DNA of 64,000 nt from the human T2T-CHM13v2.0 reference genome, Homo sapiens. Shown piece after piece: positions 27,811 to 41,280 of the stretch (position 1 is its first letter; every line of letters begins with the position of its first letter). The position numbers and the translations under genes are program-made. The notes below the pieces were generated by a model, which saw only the letters and a list, made by a program, of their open reading frames with translations, did not search any database and was not told the DNA's origin. The stretch lies in the NCBI RefSeq assembly GCF_009914755.1, contig NC_060937.1; one strand, given 5' to 3'.

Positions 27811-28225
27811 TGCCATGGCAGACCCAGTTGGGGTCACTGCTATCCATCTTCTCTCTCGCAATTCCCAGCCTGCCCACGGTGCGGTGAGCCCATGTGACTA
27901 GACCCCGGACGATGGACTAAGAGGGAAGAGGACGTGCCTAAGTTCCGGGCTGAGGCCTTAAGAACCCATGCACTCTTCTCCTGTTACTTTTCCCTGCGGC
28001 AACAAGCAAGGAGTCCTCATTCCAGGGAGTGTGACCGCATCGTGGTGCTAATTCCCTTCCCTTGGCCTCGACTGCCAAGGAACCACAGGAGGAACTGGCT
28101 TGGGAAGTCCCCTGGCATCAGAGTAAACTTTGTGTGAGCGAAAAATAAACCTTTATATTACTAGGCCACTGAGATTCGGGGTCTATTTGTTAACAAAGTA
28201 TAATCTAGCCTATTTTAATTCACGT
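27811..28225 (+). mobile_element. MLT1J/I-like LTR inserted into a MIR
   Basis: CCATGTGACTAG, AAATAAACC poly(A) signal, GCCACTGAGATTCGGGG...TTTGTT...CTAGCCTAT 3' end. MIR halves at ~27680-27810 and ~28230-28300. Confidence 0.65.
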
Positions 28226-30011
28226 ACATAAAATAATACTTATTTTGATAATTAAATGAGAAAATACATCTTAACTTCCTACACAGTACCTACATGATAG
28301 GGGTTTTAATATGTCAGTTTCTGTTCACCTTGTCTGAGCTTGTTTTCTCATTAGCAAAAAAATCGAAATAATATTCAACTCACAGAATTGCTTTCAAAAT
28401 TAAAGGGAATGAAATACATTAAAAATCTTAACAGCCAGTAAGGAGTTAATAAATATTTAAGTTTCTTCTCCTTCTTTCCCTGGAATTATGACCACGGGGG
28501 GTTCAGAAGGTCTTTTTCCCCTCATCGGACCTTCTCCTCCTCTATATTCAAAGCTCCAGAGTCCCTGAGAAGCTAACATACTGAGTTTATTTGATAATTC
28601 CTGTGAAAATATCACATTGCCTACTTAAGACATTGAATGCAGCTGCATGACAGAAATGATAATAGCTTAAAAGATTTACCAATCCTGACAATAATGCCAT
28701 GATTTCATTTCAGAATTACTCTAAATTAGTCATTATTTTCTTACATATAAAGAAAATGCAATTCCCCTTCTTTTGTAATGTTGATATTAAAGGCCCATAA
28801 ATGCCACCTTATTCTATCAGGTCTTTTGTCCCATGAAAGGAACTATGTAAGATGTGTCCTGACTTGTGTCATCTCTAAATTTAATAGCATATAAAGCTGA
28901 AGTATAATGGATCCTTTGGACCTAAATAAACATGAATAATAATAATTTTTTAAAGCGAATCCAGCCATCCTGTGCCAAGTCATTACACTGTTTCACAGGA
29001 CTTGCTCCAGAGAGATTTCATCATGAGTATATTATAACCTCTCAGTCAACAGATTAGTAAAACTTGTCTACTTCCTCACTGAAAAACTAATCATGTGTCT
29101 TTTCCATGCAAAACTGGAATCATTGGCCCATTTACATGCCCAAGTCACAGCCTAACACTAGAACACTGGCTGATGTCCTTTGAATGTGGTTTTTCAGCCA
29201 CATGGAAGCTCCTGACACTTTTTGGTGTTCTGTCACTGTCCTTCATTGAAGGGCTCCCAGCAATGACCAATATGCCCACTGCAGCACAGAAAAAGTGGAA
29301 CAGCATGCATTCTGCTGCTCTCCCTCTCCTCAACAAAAGTAAGACAATAAATTGCCCAGATCCATTCTGCTTTCCTCTGTGGTAGCCAAAGATATGGGGG
29401 AATGAGATGTGCTGTGGGAATACAGGTGTGGTGTCTCAAACTAATTGCCATGTGACAGACCAGCTTTGCCTCCTGTGTGCTCCTTATGCTGTGCAATCAA
29501 TGTCTGTTCGATGCTGAGTCATGGTGACACAGGATCTGGCTGCAGACATTATCCAAAGGGATGTTACAATGTCGCACTTTCTCCCTACCCTAAGGCCACC
29601 TGCTCCTTACCTGTTCAAGGTTATCCATTGCTGCCTTAGAGTCTGGGTGTGTTTAAAGACCTCACACAAGACCTCATCAACTGGTGTGCCTCCCTTAATA
29701 CACCCATGTAAAACTCGACTCACAAATAGCATTTGTGAATATAAAAATATACATGAACAGAAAAATAATGCATAGGAATATATAATTTATGTTACATTTA
29801 AATAGTACATTGTGTTGTATATAAGGTGATACATTTCTTGGAACAAGAAAGTCCTTACATATAAAGCATTACTGCTTGTTGCTTCTTTGTCTCAGGTTTT
29901 ATGATTTTAATGCTGAGCGACAAAGCTAAAACTACGAATTCAAAGTCCACAATTTGGTCTGCCTCAGAATTACCCAGCATTGAATTCTTTAACTATCAAA
30001 TAGAATAAATC

Positions 30012-30303
30012 TTTTTTTTTTTTGAGACAAGGTCTTGCTTTGTTGCCTAAGCTGGAGTGCAGTGTTGCAACCACAACTCACTGCACCCTCAACTACCCAG
30101 GCTCAAATAATGCTCCTACCTCAGCCTCCTGAGTAGCTGGAATGACAGGCATATGCCACCATGCCCAGCTAATTTTTTAAATTTTTTGTAGAGACAGGGT
30201 TTCACTATGTTGCTAAGGCTGCTCTTGAACTCCTGGCCTCAAGTGATCCCTGCCTTGGCCTCCCAAAGTGCTGGGATTACAATTGTGGGCCACCATGCCT
30301 GGC
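30012..30303 (-). mobile_element. AluJ
   Basis: Poly(T), then a diverged reverse Alu dimer ending CCACCATGCCTGGC. Confidence 0.93.
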
Positions 30304-30359
30304 ATCAAAGAACAATTCTATTGACACATTAAAAAATGAAAAGAACTATACATTATTAT

Positions 30360-30564
30360 ATTTTTATTTTTTAAATTTTTAGTGATTATGGGTACATAAT
30401 AGATACATACATATATTTATGGGGTACATGTGATGTTTTGATACAAATATTTTTGTTTGTTTGTTATGAGATGGGGTCTCACTATGTTGCCAGGTTGGTC
30501 TTGATCCTCCCACCTCGGCCTCCTGAGTAGCTGGGATTATATGCATACACCACCACACCTGGCC
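30360..30564 (-). mobile_element. L1M 3' tip followed by an Alu monomer (FLAM-like)
   Basis: TATTTATGGGGTACATGTGATGTTTTGATAC (L1MA tail), then GAGATGGGGTCTCACTATGTTG...CACCTGGCC. Confidence 0.75.
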
Positions 30565-30949
30565 ATGATTATATTTTAAAGTAAATGATAACAATCACAG
30601 GGCAGAAGTTATCAAAGACAAAGGTTAATTTTGATAAAATCATTATGTGTCAGACAACTGGATTATTTTATTTAACTAAGTGAGATAAAAAATGGGTTTG
30701 CCAATGTGCATCCTGTTATTCTTATAATACCGACTAGATTTGTCAAAATAATAATGAAGTACAGACACACAAATGCACCCATCTTAAACATTTTGTGTTT
30801 CTTCTTAAATTGAACAAGAATGTATTGAGTACTGTTTGTTAGGAGAGAAACCCTGCCTCTAATGACCTTAAGGCCTTAAGGAAATAACACACATAGTTCA
30901 CATACATGAACTATCCCTATTTTTTATCCTCATACCTTCTTCCGCATAC

Positions 30950-31752
30950 CAAAAAAAAAAAAAACCAACAGAAAAATTGTTCAAATCCTAATAATTCTAA
31001 CTTAGAAATGTCTTGCATTCAAGATCTCTCCACTTCTAGTGCAACTACACTATTCCTATTGTCCTCATGTATCCCATGAACTATTGCAATAATTTCTGGC
31101 CACGTGTTATTTCATATTCCAGGTATATTCCTGAAACAAACAATTAGGTCTTACCGACTTAAGGCCTCAGTCTTATTTAAAACCCTGTTGACTATACAAT
31201 AAAAACAAAATTTATAACCTGATACAAAATGTTCTTCATGGGCTCCTCTTGCCTGTCTTTAAATCGAATCACCAACTCTGTACATTCTACCCTGTTTCCA
31301 GGATGCCCCTCCCCATGCCATCTTCTCACTGGTTCCAAGTCACAACAGGTTATTTCACAGGATGGGGTGCTGGGTTTGAGGGTTTTTTTATTCTTTTTTA
31401 CTCATTATCTCTCTCTCTCCTCTGCCTAAAATAGCCTTATTCCCTTCTTAGCCAGCAAACTTCTATTCATCCTAGAAAATCCAGTCTAAATGTCCCTTCT
31501 CCAGTGAAACCTCCATCAGACTACTTTTTCTGGATCTCAGAAGCAATTCATTTCATTGTTATAGCTCTTGTCACGTTGCATTATAATGTCAATATTGTAT
31601 CTGTTTCCAGAGCTGTATGATGAGCTCCACATGGACAGAGATTTGCTCTTATTTTTATACCCTTAGCACTAAGCACAATTCTTGGCACATAGAAGATCGA
31701 TGTGCCAAGAATATTAAATAAGATGCTTACTTAATATGAATAAATGAATAAC
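30950..31752 (+). mobile_element. L2 LINE 3' part
   Basis: TTAGCACTAAGCACAATTCTTGGCACATAGAAG...TGAATAAATGAATAA tail. Confidence 0.65.
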
Positions 31753-32256
31753 AAAGTAAATGCTTTACAAGTTTACAGAAAGGAGAATTCAGTGTGTTAT
31801 GGAGTAATTAGGAATTGCTACACTAACATATATGTAAAATATATGTAAATAAAATGTACATAACAAGCTTTAAACAAAGAATAATCAAACTTCAACCCTG
31901 TTTAATTTCAGACTTTCTTTAAAAAGGATATACTTATACTATCACACATTCTCTTTAATATGCCTTAAGTATGTAGTTGGAAGATGCTTAGGTTCAAGAT
32001 TCCCTGAAGTTCTTGGGATCAGATAAGTAGGAAGATGTTCTTCTATCTGGATCATCGTCTACTTTTCTTTATTGATATTAATTTGTAACAATCATATTTG
32101 TAGTATTTTAACCAATGAATCCATTTTAATGCTATAATTTAGTCTTTTCACTTACTAAGAAGTATTTCTCTCTACTTCATTCAAAAATAGTAATGTATTA
32201 GTCTAGGATAAAACCTGCCCAACATCTAACCCCAAAATTCCTACATAGCACGTAGG

Positions 32257-32441
32257 TAGGGGTTGTCAGATTTAGAAAAAATAAGAAACCTACAGGATGC
32301 TCAGTTAAATTTTAATTTCAGGTAAATAATGAATAAATATAAAAGTCCCTTGCAACATCTGAGGCCTATTTATACTAACAGAAATCTAGTTATTCATCCG
32401 AAATTCAAATTTAAATGGCTGTCCTTTATCTGGCAACTCTA
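32257..32441. mobile_element. MER53-like hAT MITE
   Basis: TIRs TAGGGGTTGTCAGAT ... ATCTGGCAACTCTA with internal palindromic GTTAAATTTTAATTTCAGGTAAATAA / TTATTCATCCGAAATTCAAATTTAA. Confidence 0.75.
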
Positions 32442-33837
32442 CAAAGCAGCAGACGAGAAGACTAGCGATGAAGACATGCCAGGAAAGTCTTGGTTGACGT
32501 ATGCCACTAGAAAGGCTAGCTTTCCTGGTTCCCCAGAGAAAATCTAAGGGCGTCAACCATCCCCTATCCTCTATATTCTTAAAGAGACCCATGTTTACCC
32601 ATGTGCTGTGGCATTAGGACTTCCAACAGGAAACTCATTTTGGTAAAGGAACAATCTAAGATCATGTCTCAGAATAGTTTTTTTTTTATAAAGGAGCATA
32701 CAGATGATGTTCTCTACAGAACTAGTCTCAGGACTTTTTCCTACCACTGTCAGGAAAAACAAGAAAATGTATCGTCATTGTAGTCTGCCCAGCAATGCTG
32801 GTATTCCAATGTATCACAAAATTTAAGTCCACGAGCCCTTTCTACAACGCAGGGGCTACTGTGAAGCTTTATATGCATTACTACTATAAATCTTCATAAC
32901 ATTCCTACAAGATATATGGCATTCTTTCTACTGTAAAAATAGGGAAACTAAGGCTGAAAATAATAATTTACCCAAGGCTACACCATGAGTAGGAAGGGAG
33001 GTGAAACTCAAACACAGCTCTTAAGACCTTAGAACTACTTAAATATTTATCAGTGATGTTATATATTGACTTTTCGTACCCAGGTCCTACTAAAGAACCA
33101 AAAATGTAAAGGTACTCAAAAGAGCTGTCATACAGGTGGATGGTCTCAGGACAGATAAGTTCCTAAGCAAGAATACAGGCTTGCGTGTTTGTGTGTGTGG
33201 TCACATGGCGCTTCCTCTGAAAATTCTTCTCTAAAATCAAAGAGCTTTACAAAATCCAAGCCTTCACTATTCCACTCAATTTTTTCAGTATATTTGAAAT
33301 TTTCTACATGGTAAATTACCTTCCTGTGAAGCTAGCACATTTCTGAAAGTGCCTAACTTTTAACTATAAACACTGTAAGGTAAATATGTAAGGTACATGT
33401 AAAAACAAGTCTGCTCATCCCTTCTCTGTTTCCCCAGGTTGCAGAAAATGAAATGACCATAATAACTCCAAGACAGAGCAGAAGGTTCATCTGAGTCATA
33501 CCAAATAACTTCATTGCTGCTAAAGTAAAATTTGAAAATGATTGAAGTGATTTTTATGATCAGCCTTTTGGAAGTCATTCAAAAGTGCTGCAATGCTACT
33601 TCAAAGAAGATAATTCAAATTTAAATGTCACTCTTCAGTGTTGTTTATCAACAGCTGAGTATTAAAATTGGTGAGCTTGATTTGTGTTATTTCACTTCAC
33701 CAGCTTATAATTTAAACACTCTTATACTTATTATTTGAATAAATGGAATAAACACAAGTCAAACTTTGGTAGTGAGGTGCTCATCTTCAGAGGAGTTCAA
33801 TTAGATTGGAAAAACATTTTGTAGAGATCTTGTAGAA

Positions 33838-34016
33838 CAACAGCTCTCTACCTTGAATGCACACTGGAATCACCTATGGGGTTCTAAAAAAATATCAATG
33901 CTTAGGTCTCACCCCTGGAAATTCTCATATAATTGGGCTGAGGTGGGACCTGAGCACTGAGATTTTTAAAACTTGCCAACTCATTCTAATATACAGCAAA
34001 AGTTGAGAACAACTGC
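33838..34016. mobile_element. MER5A/B MITE
   Basis: GAATCACCT...TTCTAATATACAGCAAAAGTTGAGAACAACTG. Confidence 0.75.
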
Positions 34017-34652
34017 TACAGAAGGAACTCAAGCATTGGATGGAAAGCTGGAATAATGACATTTCAGGATCCTTTCAACTCTGAAAGTCTATGTCTAATT
34101 GTACATGTGACCCTACTATGACATCGTACTAAAGCAGACCTGAAATGTCTTTGGATATACAAATTAGGAATACATCGTTACAGTCATTCTTTCTAGATGT
34201 AGTTTCAAAGTACAAAGAAGATGCTGCTATTATTTACACTTCTCTTTCAAGTTCTGATTATCTATTGAAGAGACCTTAAAATAAACAATTTAATCAATTC
34301 AATTATTAAAAATATACTGAGCATCTACTGTCAGCAAAACACAGTACCCACAAAAATGTGGGTACTGAACATTTATTAATGAGTAAGCCAGAGTCAGATT
34401 TTTTTGGAACTTACAATTCAATGGGCACAAATGGTTGTACTACAAAAGTAAGGGGAGTATGTTTGCAGTCTAAGTGCATGATGGTTCATTTAAGTGATTA
34501 TGTTCAGCTGTGAAGGAGAAAGGCTGGCAGAAGTATTCTTTTTATCACTGCAAAAGTCCATACCTTATTCACTTTATTGAAGAATAATAAATGTAAAAGT
34601 AAATTTTAAAGTTTCAGGTGATATTTCACATATTTTTTAATACATATCTTAC

Positions 34653-34657
<5 letters not shown>

Positions 34658-34702
<45 letters not shown>
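34658..34702. repeat. (TA)n microsatellite, about 22 units
   Basis: Direct reading. Confidence 0.95.
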
Positions 34703-34706
<4 letters not shown>

Positions 34707-36086
34707 AGTAAGCAGACGTGTCAGATTCTTTAGCCTTACTAAACATTCACCAAAAGGAATTACGTTATACAAAACCAAATCAATTTCTTCTGGTGGTTTT
34801 TCAATTAAGGGCTAAAGTAAATTTTTAAGTGATTCAAGAGATATAGGTAGTTTATGCAATTTTAACTAAATTTCCAGTAACCTGAAACAATTTCATTAAA
34901 ATACAGGCTTGCTAGTGAATTATGCTGATTCTGCAAGATAAAGAATATGTGAGATGTGAGAGAATTTTGATTAATAAATACACATTTGCTAAATTCTGCT
35001 TTGGTTGACTAAACTTTTTGTTTGTTTGAACTAAACAAAACAGAGTTCAAAAAGGCAGAGTAATGTAACACAACTAGTTAAAGGGAGACTTTAGAAAAAT
35101 GAGCCATAACATCTGGCCAATCATTTCAGCTCACTGTACCCAAATGGAACTGGAAACACACAGTGATAGGAAAGGTCACTCATGCTGGTAAAAAGTAATA
35201 CCTCTGCTGCCACAGTTACACCCCACAAATGAAATCTACATCCATATTGTCTTAATCTTCACTACTAGGCAGGATCGATCCAGGGGCAGGTGCTCAGCTA
35301 GAGCCAAGATTAAGTATTTTGTGCTCCTGTATCCTGATTTCTAGCACAGTGTACAAGACACAGCGGTGATCAAATCAGCCAGTATATAGTGTAATACAAA
35401 TAATAAAATGTTTTAACTGAAAGCATAAGACTTTGTAGTAAATTAATGACTGGAAATCAACTCTTTGACTCAATTTATCGTTATTTAATAACGTTGTAGA
35501 AGACTAGGCAAGGCTTTACAAATAAAAAATTTAAAATCATACATATAAAACCCACCTTCTGAGTGAAATAAAATAAATACTCGAAATTCAATAAATAAGA
35601 CTGCTTATATGGGAGGCTACAATTTTAAATATAAACTTTAGTTCCTATTTTAGGTTATATCTTCCAAATTCCAGTAAGGAAAAATATTCATGAGAGTTTC
35701 TTTTCATGCAAGAAAAAACAATTCTAGTCTCAAGAGAACCCAAACCCAAATCAGCAATTAAAGTATCAATAAAAGCTATCTGCCTTGTTTGTTTTTCCAA
35801 TCTTGTTCCTTAAAAAGATCAACAACAAATTTAAAACTGCACATGTAAAATCAAAAATCGTAACCAAAAGAATAGGATGTACTAATATATATTTTCTTTG
35901 AATGTATCTTCTTGAATTCAAACCTAATTGAAATGAAAAAACTGTTAATTTTGAAGCTGTAGTATCTAGAGTACATCTCCACATTGACATCGAAATTTTA
36001 AGGAATAAATCTGCTGGTTCTACTGTCAATAAAAATGCGTGGCTGGGCCTATTATTTCATTAACTATTGGAATCTGTAAGCACCCT

Positions 36087-36439
36087 TGATATGGTTTGGC
36101 TGTGTCCCTACCCAAATTTCACCTTGAATTGTAATAATCCGCATGTGTCAAGGGCAGAACCAGGTGGACATAATTGAATCTGGGGGCAGTTTTCCCCATA
36201 CTGTTCTCATGGTAGTGAATAAGTCTCACGAGATCTGACGGTTTATACATGGCAGTTTCCCTACACAAGCTCTCTTGCCTGTCACCATGTAAGATGTGAC
36301 TTTGCTCCACATTCACCTCTGCCATGATTATGAGGCCTCCCCAGCCATGTGGAACTGTGAGTCAATTAAACCTCTTTCCTTTATAAATTACCCAGTCTCA
36401 GATATGTCTTTATTAGCAGTATAAGAACAGACTAATACA
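36087..36439 (+). mobile_element. THE1 (ERVL-MaLR) solo LTR with 5-bp TSD
   Basis: TGATATGGTTTGGCTGTGTCCC...GACTAATACA. TSD ACCCT at 36082-36086 and 36440-36444. Confidence 0.95.
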
Positions 36440-37532
36440 ACCCTGTTCTGTGCTCTTTTCCTTCCACTGTCTGCCTCTCCTCCATGCCCTCATTCATTCC
36501 CAGGTTTTCAATTAGCAGTCAGACACTGATGATGTCATCATGGCTTTTATAGCCCAGGCCTCCTTTGTGAGTAGTATACACAATGGTCTGGTCTACAGCT
36601 CTCTAAAAGACATTTCCTTTCACCCATTGCCTCTCCTGGAAAAAGAAAACCCTCGCTATAATTCTGTAACATTCTAAATAATAAAATATCCAAGGAAGTA
36701 TGAAGTAACTTTAAATGAAGTTTAATTGCTGCTGGGATATTAAATATTCAATAGGAAATCAATTATTTAATTAGTTGATTGACATTTTGAATCAGGTCAT
36801 CTTCACTTGCAAGTTTCTCTAAACCATATTCTCTGAGCACATTGGAATTCCATGTTTTCCAATGATATTCCCAAGAAAGGGAGAAGTTTGTTGTTTGCTG
36901 TCACTGGCACAAGCCCATGGGCACCAAGTGTGAGGAACAGCCCCAGTGACCTGAAGCCTGCAGTGAGAAATGCGCTTATTGGGCCCAACTTCTCTACCAC
37001 CCAAGACAGGATGCTTATTGACGGAGCAGAGAGTTTCCTACAAGGTCCTTGAAAAAGGCAAATTCAAGCTAGTCTTCAAATATCTAGGTCACCTTTTTTT
37101 TTTTTCCTAAGAAAAAGAAGTGAATGACAGAGCACAAAGTAGTCAGGTAGGAATAAAGGAAAGGCTACAATTTGCATGAATATAAAAAATTGACAGGACA
37201 GGCTATTTATAGTGTTCAGGTGTGAGCAGAATCACCAATAGCAAAGCTAAGGCTTAAATACTTAGTTTGCTTTAATATGTGCTTTGTTCATTTATAACTA
37301 GAGTAAAAAGCATCAGAGAATGGGAATGACCATAAAATTCACCTCAAAGTTTTTGAGATATTTATTTTTAGGTGTAAATAATTAGGGAAGAGAATAGTAA
37401 AAATGAAGTGAAATACATACATTATAAAAGTCTAGAAAATATTTTAAAATATCCATTTTGGCATATACACATGACTAATATTAGAGTACATACAAGAAAA
37501 GCAGGTATCTTAATATTCTAGCACAGATAAAG

Positions 37533-37832
<300 letters not shown>

Positions 37833-38081
37833 CTAGCACAGATAACTTGACAATTTTCTTTACAATTCAAGAACAATATAAGACTTCAGAACTGTCTGTC
37901 TATAGCCAGTCTCACTGTAGGCAAAACACAAACTGTTCTAGGCTTCTTTAGGTCCTAAAGGCTTGCAAATCAAGAACTCGTTAGGCCTACAAGGTACAAA
38001 AGAAGACTCAGTGACAGAACAAGGCTCTTACTAGGCCTCTAATATGTCTACCTTCAAGCTTAACTTGGATACTTTTAAAAA

Positions 38082-38395
38082 GCACAAGGATTTTTAGGGC
38101 AGTGAAGATACTCTGCATGATACTATAATGGTGAATACATTATATATTTGTCTAAACCCATGGAGCACACAACACCAGGAGTGAACCCTAATGTAAACTA
38201 TGAACTCTGAGTGATGATGTGTCAGTGTAGACTCATCAGGTGTAACAAATGCACCACTCCGGTGTGGTATATTGGTAATGGAGAGGTGATGGATCTGTGG
38301 GGGCAAAGGGTATAAGGGAAATCTCTATGTCTTCCTTTCAGTTTCACTGTAAACCAAAAACTGCTCCAAAAATATAAAGTCTTTAAAAATTAAAA
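38082..38395 (+). mobile_element. L1MC/MD 3' UTR fragment
   Basis: GAGTGAACCCTAATGTAAACTATG...TGTAACAAATGCACCACTC...AAAACTGCTC. Confidence 0.85.
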
Positions 38396-38589
38396 ACTTC
38401 ATTGATTTATAAGCCCTATGCTACTAGCTATAGGTAAAAGCTTTAAAATACTATACAAATAAAAATATTAATTTCAGCATAGATCATTTACCAGAGAACG
38501 AAGGAAAGAAACTAACATTGTTTCTGACAAGGAAATGGACAGGCAAGAATAAATAAATATCTACATTCTAGGTTTTACATTAAGTATGT

Positions 38590-38601
38590 TATATATATCT
38601 A

Positions 38602-38644
<43 letters not shown>

Positions 38645-38657
38645 ATATATATATATC
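38590..38657. repeat. Compound (TA)n/(TATC)n STR
   Basis: About 10 TATC units flanked by TA runs. Confidence 0.93.
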
Positions 38658-39411
38658 TTCTCTTTTAATCACTACATATTTAAAGGCGGTATTCTCCCTC
38701 TACTACCAAAAACAAAACAAAAAAACAAAAAGAATCCTGAGGCACAGAGAAATTACAGCTAGAATTTTCATCTTTAACTCCAAAGTTCATATAGTGCTGT
38801 CTTTATCAATAAAAAAAAGCAACAAAAATGATTTTTAAAACAGACGACTATCTAACAATAATTGCAAAGTAAGACAATGAAAACACAGAGGCATTTAGTG
38901 GCCTTTACACAGGGTTACATAAAACTGGCCCATCGATATCAACAGGATTGGGCACACTTTGACCAGTACAAGCCAAAAGAAGGTACGATCATCTGTCTAG
39001 GAGTTGTACCAAAAGCTCTGTCCAGCCTATGAAGGAGGACATAAAAGATTGAGCTTTTTCATTCATTCTGGAGGACACTGTCTATTAAAGGGAAATACCC
39101 AGGCAAATCGAAATTCCAATTTTTAAACACTGTATTATTTAACATTATAATAACATCATCAAAAATCTCTATAAAGTGGTTATTTGTACTGAAAGAGCTC
39201 TACTTTCAAGTTTGGGCTAGAGATATCTAAATTAAAGGCATTAGAAACATACCACTATTATTTTCAAGGAAATCAATATTACTCTAACTACATTCATTCA
39301 GCAAACCCACAAGGCATCAAGCAGTATGTCTTGACACTAAAAGTAAAGAAACAGCAAAGGTACATATGTTTTATTCTCTACATTTGATTTACCTGTACAC
39401 TTAGGTAACAT

Positions 39412-39565
39412 AGATATACACATACACACACACACACACATATTTATATATATGTGTATGTATATATATATATACCTTTATATATGGGTGTGTGTATATA
39501 TATTTTTAAACTTTCAGTTTAAAGTATATATATATATACATACACACAAACACACATATACACAT
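39412..39565. repeat. CA/TA/TG low-complexity tract
   Basis: Direct reading. Confidence 0.85.
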
Positions 39566-40156
39566 CCAATATGCAAAGAGAGAAAGAGAGATAGTTCAGT
39601 GGTCAAACATTTACTATGTTTCTGAATGTAACACGTGCATATAGATTAAGGCAAAAGAACACCTACATCCTAACAGGTTCATGTTAACAAGTCTACCTCT
39701 TCTAAAAGGCCAACTTTGTTTACTTATCTAACGAGTAAACAAGTTAGAAAGGTAAAGCAACTCATCTCACATAATTGTACTTTTCTCTGGCAATGTAACT
39801 GAAAAGAAAATATTTTTTGCTATCATAAAACAAAAGGTTTATCTTTTAAGAGAAAAACTGCCATATTCCTTAAGAAAATAAACCAAGAGCCTCCAAAGTT
39901 TTCACTGGAAAGCCAGCTAGGTCTCTGAAAGCCTTATTCAAGCCTCCAGAGACTCATCTTCCCCTTTAGATAGCTCACTAATGATGGCTTCAAAAGAGAG
40001 AATAGTGAGTGAGGCTCTGAGTTTAATACTCTCTGAATTTAACACTCTGGTTTAAGCAAAGGTAAATGTCCCTTTTCTTAATTTCTCAGAGCACAGCCAA
40101 GGCAAGGCTGAAATCTTAAATGCAAGATAACCAAATATTTAGATATAATACAAAGG

Positions 40157-40286
40157 AAGTAAACATAGAATGTCATGGAACTGACATTCCATGGAACTGA
40201 CATTACATGGAATGTCATGAAACTGACATTCCATGGAACTGACATACATGGAACTGACATTCCAAGTAAACAGAATGTCATGGAAC
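40157..40286. repeat. Complex mini-array of CATGGAACTGACATT(C) units with inverted GGAATGTCA elements
   Basis: Direct reading; described under findings. Confidence 0.9.
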
Positions 40287-40886
40287 AGGCATATAGTTTA
40301 CCTGTTTTCAGTTTAAAGTTCAGCACGAGTGCCTCCCTATTCAGCTCTAACCTGCCCCAAATGCCCAATTATATCTAGCAACTTAAATATCCAAACCCAA
40401 GAAATGTATGAAACAGAGCATGAAGTCCCTTTTGCTATCTAGTTAACTCCCAGTTTCAGGGTTCAAGTTCATGGCTGCAACTTTCCTCAGATGATTGACC
40501 CTGAGAATGTCTAGCTACTTCAGGAGAGGCTCTACCTACTTATGATGACAGGGCTTTAATCTACTCAATCGGGTATTTTCCTAACAAAGCACAGAGAGCT
40601 GCAGCAGGAGAGGCTGGTCTGTTACAACTTTAGATTACATTCAAATCAAGGAATGTTTACGTTTTGCAAGAGACATTTAATAAAGAAACCAGGATAAATT
40701 TAAATACAAGAAGTGTAATTTACATCTCACAGTGAATCCTGACTTTCATTACATTTAACTTTAAAACTAAGTAGACAAATTAAAAGTAAATATAGCACCA
40801 TATTGTCAGTGTATTAATGAAATGCCTATGCTTTGAAAAATAAACACAGATAAAGAGTCAGAACCATTTTTAATCAAAGATAAATA

Positions 40887-41235
40887 TAGCTGCTCCTCAA
40901 CTTATAATGGGGTTATGTCCCAATAAACCTATTGTAAACTGAAAATACTGTAAGTCAAAAATCCATTTAATACACCTAACCTACTAATCATCTTTACCTT
41001 AGCCCAGTCTACCTTAAACATGTTCAGAACACATATTAGCCTACAGTTGGGCAAAATCATCTAACACAAAGCCTATTTTATAATGAAGTGTTGAATACCT
41101 TATGCAATTTATTGAATATTGTACTTAAAGTAAAAAACAGGATGGTTGTATGGGCAGTCTGAATGCATATTGCTTTCATACCACTGTAAAGTTGAGTAAT
41201 AGTAAGTCAAACCATTCTAAGTCAGCAACCATCTG
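40887..41235. mobile_element. MER47-type Tigger (TcMar) MITE
   Basis: TGCTCCTCAACTTATAATGGGGTTATGTCCCAATAAACC ... ACCATCTG, flanked by TA dinucleotides. Confidence 0.85.
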
Positions 41236-41280
41236 TACATAAAAATTGCTCACTCCATTATCTACAAATAGTCTAGTGTT

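Larger units (their letters stand above)
27600..33775 (+). ncRNA. FGF14-AS1: Possible FGF14 antisense RNA 1 (spliced lncRNA); internal structure uncertain
   Basis: Recalled position ~28-34 kb from exon 1B. Strong plus-strand acceptor CTTCTCTGTTTCCCCAG|G at 33437/33438, followed by tandem AATAAA at 33738 and 33747. CpG-retaining LTR at the likely 5' end. Confidence 0.35.

Noticed and set aside
40168-40286. CRISPR-like array
   Set aside because: Human DNA, no unique spacers, no cas genes; the units are contiguous fold-back copies.
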